A model generated the notes under the pieces. That model did no database searches. It was not told where the DNA came from and saw nothing but the letters and a program-made list of their open reading frames with translations. Below are positions 52,240 to 62,391 of a DNA stretch of 64,000 nt, piece by piece. The stretch is from Podarcis tiliguerta (Eukaryota): assembly GCA_965153285.1 (NCBI GenBank), contig OZ229112.1. One strand, 5' to 3'. The position numbers and the translations under genes are program-made. Position 1 is the first letter of the stretch; every line of letters begins with the position of its first letter.

Positions 52240-52400
52240 GATGTACCAAGACATGAGCAGACTGTGGAGAAGTGTCCTTGCCAGGCACAAGGGAATGAGG
52301 AAATGGACTCCTATATCTGGTCCAATGGCTTGTCATCTGTTTGTGACTGTGAGCCATTGATGGAGAATATATAGACTGCTGTGCTGGATGAAAAGACAAT
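52240..52400 (+). mobile_element. Probable fossil Vingi/Ingi-clade LINE C-terminus
   Basis: PRHEQT...AQG........W....S..CDC keeps the register of the Vingi end as I recall it, PR.EW..LNRLRTGHG........W....S..CDC. Confidence 0.45.
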
Positions 52401-53651
52401 ATACAGAGATGCCCCTGTAGAGCTGGGTGACTGGTAGGAATTTCTAGAAATCCAGAATAAAGGCAGGAAAACAGCAAGCTCTTACAATAAGTTTTGATAG
52501 ATTTTTGAGGATTGGCTTCTTGCTAGGGAAGCAGTTTGTATTGACAATAGATGTTGATTTATTATGGCCAGAATCATTTGAGTTCCGAAAATAATTATTT
52601 TACTGCAGAAATGTAATCATGGTGTTTATCAGCTCAATGGGCCTCTGAGCTGTGCAGGGAAGCCTGAAACTGGGGAGATGGTGAAATATCTGGCTGTATG
52701 TGAGCCAGATAAATAAGAACTCAAACTTCAGAACACAGAACAACAAACCACAGAAGGATTGAGCTGGACACACATATTAATGATTCACGTGGAGATAATT
52801 AGATGAGTGAAACTGGAATTTACACTAAGCCTTAAATCCTAAGAATACTTATCAAGTCTCCAAAACTAAGTCCCATGGAATATGATTGGGACTAGGCTGC
52901 AAATCTCCTAAATCATAGTTTGGGGAGGCGGAATCATAAACATATTCTCTATGGGCATAATCAGCTCTTTCCCCTCCTGCCCTTCTGTTAGTTATGGAAA
53001 CTGTGTTGAAAAGAAGTGTTTCTGTTGTTGCAACACCAGTAATAAAGAAGTGGCCTATCTCAACAAAAAACATGCAATAGAGATGATGAGAAAAAGGCCT
53101 CTATGAGAGATCAGTGAAGGAAGCAAAGGCCTTGAATGTGAATTCTGAAACCTCTGAAGTCTTTATTTTTGCAGGAGTATTTGACTTTTCCAGGTGCATA
53201 GGATCAGACCAAAAGGTGACACACACATACCCTGCAGATCCAGGTCCCCACTATCACACTTATGCCTCTGCCATCCCTGTCACCGCAACTGTACTCTCAC
53301 CCGCAGCTGCAGCCGTGCAGTGGTGGTGGGGGGGGGAGTCATATCTGGCACCTGAAACAAATGGCTTTACTTTGTCTAATAGATGGGCCATCCCTGCTAT
53401 TGAAATGCCGGAGCATAAAATCACTACTGGCAGTGACCATCCCAGTTGGACAAGGCAGCTCTTCTCTTCCACTTCTCCTCAGAGTCTTCCCTATACATTC
53501 TTTGCCAGTGATGATGGCAATGATGATTTAATTTCTATATGCTTAATTTATTAAAAATATCTGTAAGCAGTGTACAGAAAATTGAAGCAACAGCAAACAA
53601 CTTAAACAAAATATTACAAAATTACAGTTACACACATACGGTACATATACA

Positions 53652-53785
53652 CAGTGCTTTTTTCTGGGGGGACGCATATCCCTAAACATTTTGTGAATCT
53701 AAGTTTGGCCTCATTGAGGGGCAGTATTTCAATATGAGTAGGAAAATGAGAGTACCTCTTAACATTATTATTTTTAGAAAAAAGC

Positions 53786-53789
<4 letters not shown>
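53652..53789. mobile_element. hAT-type MITE
   Basis: Perfect 14-bp TIRs CAGTGCTTTTTTCT / AGAAAAAAGCACTG. Any TSD is obscured by the adjacent (TG)n. Confidence 0.8.

Positions 53790-53826
<37 letters not shown>
53788..53826. repeat. (TG)n microsatellite
   Basis: Directly visible. Confidence 0.95.
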
Positions 53827-53828
<2 letters not shown>

Positions 53829-54271
53829 ACGCACACATATACATTTTCATTCTGACACACCCTCCCTCTCAGCCTCTGGGATCTTACCCAGGGTCCAGAC
53901 AAACTCTCAGCTCACCCATAAAAGCCTCACAACAAGAATAGTTCCTGGCAAAGTGGATATCACCCTCACTATGGACTCCCAAAGTGGATGGTACTTCCTC
54001 AGGCTGCCCTCAGTTGTGTCCCATCTAGTTGCCCCCTCCACACCCAGGTCAAGGTCCAGCAGGTTTGTTGAGTTTCCCAAGGGGTCCAAAGGATGGAAAG
54101 AGGCTCCCTCCCTCCACTCATAGCTCTTCCTTCACGTTCTGTCCTCCAGCTGCCTATCCAAGTAGCTATGTCTCCTTTTTAGTAAGGAGAGTGCACCAGC
54201 AGTACAATTAGATAATGTTAGACTCTGGACTTGGTAGTTTTATGATAAGTGGCTCTTTAGATGATAATGTA

Positions 54272-54469
54272 CAGTGGTACCTCGGGTTAAATACGCTTCA
54301 GGTTACAGACTCCGCTAACCCAGAAATAGTGCTTCAGGTTAAGAACTTTGCTTCAGGATAAAAACAGAAATCGAGCTCTGGCAGCATGGCAGCAGCAGGA
54401 GGCCCCATTAGCTAAAGTGGTGCTTGAGGTTAAGAACAGTTTCAGGTTAAGAAAGGACCTCCGGAATGA

Positions 54470-54509
<40 letters not shown>

Positions 54510-54753
54510 TCTTTATTGTCATTGCCCCCTTCGGGGACAACGAAATTACTTGGCTGCTCCATAAAAACACTAATTAAAAAAATATAGTAAAATACATAAA
54601 ACACCAATTAAAAAATATAGTAAAATACAGCAAAGGAGATTTGATGACTTTCAAAGTCCGGGCTTCCCATTCAGGGCCGAGATCGCTCTGGAGAAGAAGC
54701 TGTTCTTAAGACGGCTTGTTCTTGTCTTAAGTACTTAACCTGAGGTACCACTG
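54272..54753 (+). mobile_element. Tigger-like MITE interrupted by a LINE
   Basis: TA|CAGTGGTACCTCGGGTTAA ... TTAACCTGAGGTACCACTG|TA. Removing the insert restores GAATTAAGTACTTAACC, as in the neighbouring copy. Confidence 0.93.
54475..54726 (-). mobile_element. Rex1/Babar-clade LINE, 5'-truncated 3' end
   Basis: Minus strand encodes RTSRLKNSFFSRAISALN (Rex1/Babar C-terminal motif RT.R..NSFFP.AI..LN). The 3' end is TTTCGTTGTCCCC..GGCAATGACAATAAAG plus a (TTA)n tail. TTAA is present at both junctions. Confidence 0.85.
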
Positions 54754-54890
54754 TATATGACTTAATTTACTTCAAAATGTTGTAAGCCAGCCTTGCTATG
54801 TTTAACGGCCTTCCTGCTTGTTCTGCTAAGCGTGTTTCTGGATGTCTGTCTCAGGGCTCAGCTAGATTAGTAAAAAAAAGCGATTGTTTA

Positions 54891-55132
54891 CAGTGGTACC
54901 TCAGGTTAAGTACTTAATTCGTTCCGGAGGTCCATACGTAACCTGAAACTGTTCTTAACCTGAAGCACTACTTTAGCTAATGGGGCCTCCTGCTACTGCC
55001 ACGCCACCAGAGCACGATTTCTGTTCTCATCCTGAAGCAAAGTTCTTAACCTGAAGCACTATTTCTGGGTTAGCGGAATCTGTAACCTGAAGCGTATGTA
55101 ACCTGAAGCGTATGTAACCCGAGGTACCACAG
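54891..55132 (-). mobile_element. Tigger-like MITE, inverted relative to the 54272 copy
   Basis: TA|CAGTGGTACCTCAGGTTAAGTACTTAATTC ... CCGAGGTACCACAG|TA. The body is the reverse complement of ~54272-54474. Confidence 0.93.
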
Positions 55133-55151
55133 TACACAGTATAACATTGTA

Positions 55152-55165
55152 CCACTAGATGGCGG
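55152..55165 (+). promoter_or_regulatory. CTCF-binding motif candidate
   Basis: CCACTAGATGGCGG fully matches the core consensus CCASYAGRKGGCRS. Confidence 0.6.
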
Positions 55166-55780
55166 TGTGGAGCCCCATTTTTCTCTACCTGTTTTCCTTG
55201 TTTACATTTACAACACGTTTAACTGAAATGCTTCTTTGATGTGTCTGGATCCATCCTCAGAGTCTTGCCCTGACAGCACCACTGGAGAGCGCTTTTCAGA
55301 GGCAGCAACGCAAGCCACTACTTGGGTTGTAGTGACAGCTCAAGCTGCCATAAAGAAAATGGCAAAAGTGATGTGTTTATTCCTACTTTGGAAATGTTCC
55401 TTTCCCGTTGCTTTCTTCCCTTGCTCTGAGGCAGGTTGTGGATGAAGAGGGTAGGGCAGAGAGAAATGCCATAGCATCTGAATTTATGGTGATTTAATTC
55501 TTAGCATCTTAATCTCTGGATACCCATTTTGAAAAAGTTGTTGTCGCATTCAGCCTTCTTAAGAAGACTCTGTGTCCTTGAAATAGCAGGCAGCCTTTCC
55601 TGCTTTTCATATGTTCCGGTACATCTGAATACCATTTCTCTTTATGAGATGGGCTTGTCTGTCAGGACCAGTTTTGCGTGTATCAGCTTTTAGTAACCCT
55701 GGACTGAGTCCTGGCTGTTCAGCATGACTTTCACTCAGCTTGGCTGAGCTTTCCCATAAACATTGATTCATGTACCACTA

Positions 55781-55794
55781 CTGCCATCTTCTGG
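55781..55794 (-). promoter_or_regulatory. CTCF-like motif candidate (reverse)
   Basis: Minus strand CCAGAAGATGGCAG, 1 mismatch to the core consensus. Confidence 0.4.
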
Positions 55795-58296
55795 AAAAAA
55801 GAGTCACTCATTTTAGGCTGGGTGTATTTATATATTAACTAATTTTATTCCATTCATGAATCACTTCCCATAAACGATCTCAAAGTAGAAACATCAACAC
55901 TTAAAACAATTAAAAAGAATTCCACATGCAAAAACTATTAAAGACAATTCCATGTATATTAAAAACAATTCCAGTATATATCATGTGTCCTCCTGTGGAA
56001 GTATTACATCTTTAGTAATCAAAGTGGCACAAATGAAAAGGAAATATAACTGAGTTGTCTAACAGCTCTCATATATAGTTAACGTAATAACAAAGATTAA
56101 TTGTGGACTCCTTGCAGCTTCCCATTATTGTAAATACCCAGTCAGGACTGAGTCCATGCTTTATTGGGATAACCCTGTAAATGCTGACAAGCAACAGATT
56201 GTAATTAACTAGATATATGTATGGGTGTATATGCCATCAATATATGTGGCACTTTACAGAATAACATAAGCAAATTAATAAATGAACTTTTGTTCCTTTC
56301 GCAAGAAAATTAATTCTGAATTGCAGCAGTGGTGAAGACGAAAATGTTCCCCATTGTAAAACTACCCTTTAGTAGTCTTACTGAAATACAGTAAAGATGG
56401 TAATGGATATGCATTTTTAAAAAAAATAGCTCAGCATTTCATGATTAAGCATAAACGAGTTATATGGCATTGCTCCCATTTTATGACTTGGAGGCCCAGC
56501 AATACATGAACTAGTCAAAGTGAGATCAGTTGGTATATTCATGGTTAGAATTTTTAAACAAAAATATCAAGTAATGCTAAAGAAGGCGCCTCTGTGCATA
56601 GGCAGCATGCTTTCCCCTCACCACTGAGCAATTATAGCAACCACCACTAACCCACATAGAAATAGATAGCCAGGCACATCGTTTGATGACACACCTTCCA
56701 CGCAGATTAGAGCCACAACTCCTTTCTCAGAAGTTGTAACCATGGTGTCACCTCCAGTGCCAGGAAACCACAACAGAGCAAATGCATTCTGTTCCCCTCC
56801 ACACACAATCCACTCCTTGCTTTCCCACCACCATCCTGCCAAACTCCTGCTGTTGTGCCGCTACCAGTCTAGGCAGGACTGTTCTTTACAAACATGCTCC
56901 TTTGAAGAAGGCTACAGAAACCCTGCTTTAATTACAACTGTGATGCAAAAATCCCTGTCTCTTCTGCCTCTTCTGATTTATGCAGCGTGTTCCTGATCTG
57001 GTATACTTTTCAGGTTTTGGAGGTTTTTATAAACTTCATTTATTCATGTGATTTTCTTTAACCTTGTTTTGAACACCTTTGTGCCACCTTCTTGTAAATG
57101 TTTCTAGTAGTAAATGGTTTCCAAACGCATTTGCAAATCACCCGGTAAGGTAATTCTGATATTTATTATTAGATAACCTCATTCCACAGAAATCCAAGTT
57201 CTGTTGCAATTCCCAATGTTGGGATAAAGTGGGTGGTGGGCATTCCCAATATGGAGACAGTGTTTCAAAGCTCAACTAGCAGAACAATCCTAAATATAAA
57301 AAGCCAGCTCAATTTACACTGGTTTAAGTTAAGCCAACGTCAAGAGTAACTGACATTGGCTTAACTTAAGCCAATTACTCCTGCTATCGGCCTAACCAAT
57401 GAATTTCACAATTATCCACCCTCATTTTAAAGCAGAACTCTGCAACTTGCTTAAGTATTTCTATACCACTTTCTCACATAACAGTCTACAACATGGCTGT
57501 GTGGCCACAATTTTCCCCGCTTTTAGCAGTCCCTGTCAGGGCAAACCACTGTGCACAAGTGAGTGGCAGTGTTCAGTATTGTGGGTCACAACATTGTACA
57601 GGCCTGCTTTCAACTAATACATTTGTGCGGTGGGTTGCCTTACGAAAATATTTTCTGGCATCTTCCCTGCAGGCTTTGCTATAACTCTCTCTGTGTGTGT
57701 TTTGTATGCTGGTCCTGTTTGAAGCTTCTTCCAATGTTCTTTCATATGCTGAAAGGAACTCTGTGGACAATGATCTCATCCCATTGCCTTCAGTGGAAAT
57801 AAGCCTGATCTCTGGGTGAGATGGTGAACTGTTTTCACATCTTATTAGATAATGGATGAGATGTAAAATCAGTTCCATGGTGGAAGAACACCCTGGAGGT
57901 TGATAAGTTTGTCAGAATAAATAGGCCTTCCCCGACACAAATGCATTAAGCACTCCCCTGTTGCAGCACAGCATGGATTATCAGAGAAACAAGCATCCAT
58001 TTTAAGGAAAGAGAGGCCGGTTAGCAGCACAGATTTTTTCATTATTAAGTCCCAGTCCCATGGAACTCCCCCAGCCCTTTGGGATGAAAATTAGCATTTG
58101 CATTACTTATGGTCACTTGTAAGTAGTCCCATGGAACTCCTCTTCCGATGTTCTTCTTGTTAGCCACGATAGCTTAATGAAAATGTCAAGTTGCCTCTGA
58201 ACACCAGCTGCTGGGTAGGAGGCAAACAGCTGTGAAGAGGGGCTTAAGATGCCTTAAGATGCAGCTCTTGGGCTTCCCAGATCTGGTGGCCACTGT

Positions 58297-58440
58297 TAGA
58301 ATAGAATCATAGACTTGTGGAGCTGGAAGGCATCATGAGGATCATCTAGTCTGACCCCCTTCAATGAAGGAATATTTTGCTCAGTGTGGTGCTTGAACCC
58401 ACGTTCCTGAGATTAAGAGTCTCATGCTCTACCGACTGAG
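58297..58440 (-). mobile_element. Squam3-type SINE (tRNA-Lys(CTT)-derived head plus CR1 tail)
   Basis: Minus strand CTCAGTCGGTAGAGCATGAGACTCTTAATCTCAGGAACGTGGGTTCAAGC is tRNA-Lys-like. It runs directly into GACTAGATGATCCTC...CTTCCAGCTC...TATGATTCTATTCT. Confidence 0.85.
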
Positions 58441-58457
58441 AAATAGGACACAAGATA

Positions 58458-58650
58458 AGAGGTGGGGAATCTCTTTCAGCCTGGGAGCAGCATTCCCTTC
58501 TGAGCTACCTTCTTGAGGGGGGGGGGTGTCACATGTTCGTGGTAGGTAGGACTAGGGGCAAAAGTGGGTGGGGCAATGACTATAAACATTGCCTTTGTGT
58601 AGTAGGCTAGTTTCTAGACACACTCACACACACCCTGCTGTCACCTCCAT
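58458..58650. mobile_element. hAT remnant (same family as 62053)
   Basis: GGGAATCTCTTTCAGC...GGCAAAAGTGGGTGGGGCAATG...TAGGCTAGTTTCTA parallels ~62053-62215. Confidence 0.6.
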
Positions 58651-60007
58651 CCATCCAAGCAAGCAAGCAACCAAGGTGTACTCTCAGCTTTGTTAGGGGC
58701 AAAGTTGTGGGCCAAAATAGATGAGTGTCCTCTGTGAGGTAGGGAACATGGCTATCCTACTTACTTCACAAGGCACCACCCACGTGATTGCTGCTGGTCC
58801 TCAGTGCATGAAAAAATAAAGTTTTCAAAAGTCTTATATACCATTTCAGCTTTTCATTTTGAGGGACCCCAAGGTAATTTGAAATTAAACTGGATACCTT
58901 TGTATATCAATTGTTAAAGAGCTATTTACAGTGCAATGTTATACACAGGTTTAATGGGATCTACTTCCATGTAAGTGCCCCTAGAATTGCAACCTTAATG
59001 TGCTGAAAAGTTCTCAGGTTGCTGAGTTGCTTTATTTATTCATTCACATAGTGTCCACAACAAGTAAGAGACTTACAGTTTAGAGTAGCTGAAAATATTT
59101 GTAGACGTCTTCCTCTAAAACCTTTTTGAAGCATAAAAGTATACTGCAGTTGGAAATTAAGGGCTGAAAATAATCCAGATAATCCAAGCTCTTCTCTTTA
59201 ATGCAGTGTTAAAGGGCTTTTTTTCCTAGAAAAAGAGGTGGTGGAACTTGCTGAGCACCCACCCAAATTTAAAAATAAAAATAAAAATTAGGGGAAGCAA
59301 CCAAAGTTATTGAGCTTTTTTTTAGGGGGAACGGCCAAAGTTGCTGAGCAACTACCATCTCCTGCTAATAAACATTTTGTTCTGGGCCAGAGATTTTTAC
59401 GTGGAAGGATGTGCCAATGCCAACAACTTTGCAGACTAGAGGAAATACATAATTCCTATATAAGATTGAGTTGTATGTACATCACTGTTTGCTGTTGTTA
59501 TTGTTGTTTTCTTATTATTGGTTCTTAACCACACTTTTTGTCCTAGTACAGCTTCTAAATATTGTAAATGATCAAGATGCTTTTGAGCATATCAAACCAT
59601 GGAGCATTGAAGACATGATGTATTAAGACACTGACCCCTTCTCATACACATTAAGACATGCAATTAAAGGAGTTTGCCTGTAAATGTAATAAGAGAGGGC
59701 CAATTAAAGAGCAGCCTTATTGGCTGAGTCACATTAAGGGAGAGCATAGGTGAGGTGGAGGAAGGAGCTGTGAGGGACCAAGAAAGCAAAAGGGAGGAGG
59801 TGGGTGTTTGCTGTTGCAGAAAATGGGAAAGCGCTGAAGCTGGAAAGCAAAGAAAGTGGGTGACGTGGTCAGGGTAATGAGCCAAGGCAATGCTTAGAAG
59901 TCGTGTTTTGATTAGTTGTAAGCTGAATGAGAAGAGATTCAGCAAGGCCTGGTGCCACCTGGATTAACTATGTTGAGTCTTTCAATTTTACCTCCATTTT
60001 ATTAGTG

Positions 60008-60120
60008 CTAAAAAGACAAATGAAGTCGCGGCACCTTAGAGACTGACTCATTAACTACTTGGGCCACAGCACTTTTGTCTTTTTGTTGCTGTAGACTAAA
60101 CCAGCTGCTCTTCTGGAATC
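60008..60120. mobile_element. Decayed Penelope-like terminal remnant
   Basis: GGCACCTTAGAGACT and TTGTTGCTGTAGACTAAACCAGCTGCTC are related to 1192-1272 in head-to-head arrangement. Confidence 0.45.
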
Positions 60121-61852
60121 GATAACAGATAAGAAACTCTGCAAGAAAACACACACACTGTCTACAGTAAAAAAACATGTTGCAGTCCACACTTGGATTT
60201 TTTTTTAAAAAAGCTATTAATTCTATAGATAGATGATGATCACTTCCATCAATAGCTATTGCCCATTTACCCCCAAATGGTTGGCACGTTAGATAGGCAG
60301 CTCATAGTAGAACCATCATTGGATCAGACAACTGCATGATAATCACTGTCAACCCCTGAAAAACAATGATCATGTCAATCTACATAGTGTCTGGCAGTGA
60401 GCATAGGAAGTACGTAATTTATTTATATATTTGTTCTCTAACCATATGGCCCTCAGAGCAGTTTCACAGCATAAGAAATAAATATGAATAAAACAGTTAT
60501 TAAAAACACTTCCATTAATAATCTAGAAAAACAACATACATGCCAGGCAAGACATGCCTGAAACTAGCTCGTGTGCAAAGAACATTGTACAGGCTTTCAA
60601 CAGTGCCCCGTTCACTCCTTCCACCTGCTAAATCAGTACATGGCCAGCCGAGAAGGGAGTTTTGAGGACTGAGATGGCGAAGTTGCAGGAGTTTAAGCCA
60701 CAGTGATGGTGAAGGTAGGGCTAGGCATGAGGAGAGCCATTGTTGTCCAGTGAAGGTGTTTCATGAAATCCAGCAGACCAAAGGGACCAAGTTTGAAAGA
60801 GCTTCCCTTGATTCGGGTTCAGAACATGTCCTCAAAGCACACTGGATGGAGGGCCATGGGACAAATTGTTGCATTCTTACCAAAGCCACTGTTGGGTGGA
60901 TGCAGCTGGTAGCTCTAAGGACAAACAATAAAATGGGAATGAAGTTGTCTTGGGCTCCTGCTAACCTTTCATTCTCATCACCCTGACCACCAGCCACGCT
61001 GGCTAGGGTTGATGGAAGCTGTAGTTCAAAACATCTGCAGGGCACTATGTAGGCTACCCTAGTTTTCTGGAGAAACTTACTGCTCATCAGAACCCTGCTT
61101 GAATGATGGCTTGTTTCAACATGTCTTCCCAGCATGCTCTTTTTAGAGCTCTAAAACCCGTAAGACGTCAACCCTTCTCCTTAGCTAGCTGGGGGGAGTG
61201 TTTTGTTTCTTCTCTTCATCCTGTCTATTGAGGTTAAAGAGCTTTCGGTTTTTCCAGGAAATGTACTAGCTGTATCCCAGTTCTCAAGACAGCAAAAACT
61301 GACACAGCAGAGTGCATTCTTTTGGTGCTTTGGTCCTCAATCCTTCAGTCTTCCCATGCAAAGAGTGCTTTAGAGTGGAGTCAGCCTGTTGTTCTGTTTC
61401 ATTTTGCATAAGCTTCATTTCTGCAGTGCTGCAATGAATTGTGATTTCCTATGGTACTTAAAGTGACAACAGAAGCGTGACAGAGTGCAAAATGGAACTG
61501 CAAAGATGAGACATGAGGCAGATAAACATTTTAGTGTCAAGTGCTGCCGATATGTCTATTCATTATTTGTGAGAGCCAGCTCTGTATCGAGAAATCAAGA
61601 GTGGTTTATCAGCTTGGCTTGTCAGTGTAGCTAACAGTTGAGAAATCCTTCAGTTCTCTGAAGGTGGGTCAAGATTATGTAACTCCAGAATAGGATGAAA
61701 AATACCATTTTACATTATTGACTTTTCCTCTTGCCAACAAGGACAGTGAAATTAATTGGGAAACGATAGTTCAAAGATCAGTGGCACATGTCAAGGCAAG
61801 CTTACTTCATTACATGATACATAGGAATAATTTCTAGATAGTAATGAAAGGA

Positions 61853-62040
61853 GGCAGTGATGGCCACTTACTTGGATGGCTTTGAAAGAGAATTAGACAA
61901 ATTCATGGAAGTAAAGGCTATCAGTGGCTCGTAGCCATGATGACTATGGTCTGCCTATGGTATGCTTCTGAATACTCGTTGCTGGAAACCACAGAAGAGC
62001 AGAAACTAGAGCACAGTTCTGCCTTGCCAGCTTCCCAAAA
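61853..62040 (+). mobile_element. CR1 LINE ORF2 end and 3'UTR
   Basis: Encodes AVMATYLDGFERELDKFMEVKAISGS*, the squamate CR1 C-terminus. Confidence 0.85.
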
Positions 62041-62052
62041 AGGATCCTAAAG

Positions 62053-62391
62053 CAAGGGTGCTGAATCTTTTTCAGCTCAAGGGGCCACATTATGTCTGGG
62101 CAACTTTCCAGAGGCCACATGCCAGCGGCAAAAGTGAGCAGAACAATTAATGTGAATTTTACCTTTTTACAATAGGCTGGTTTCTTAACATTCACATACC
62201 CCTCTGTATTCTCCATCCTGAATTATCAGAGTTCAAGGTTACAACCCAGCCCAACAAAAACACTCAAGGAAATTGCAAAGCAGGGCTGATAAGTGGCTCA
62301 GGAGGGGCTGCCAACTGGGGAGTCCTGAGGGCCACATAGAGAGGCTTCAGGGGCCACATTTAGCCCCCGGTACTGAGTTTCCAAATTGCTA
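62053..62391. mobile_element. hAT non-autonomous element
   Basis: TSD TCCTAAAG / TCCTAAAA. Charlie-like subterminal GGGCCACAT repeats. Confidence 0.75.

Noticed and set aside
54348-54607. Poly-isoleucine ORFs
   Set aside because: Translation of the (TAA)n tail of the Rex1/Babar insertion.
58375-58440. tRNA-Lys(CTT) gene
   Set aside because: The 5' acceptor stem is missing, the T-arm and acceptor are mutated, and it is fused to a CR1-type tail. It is a SINE head.
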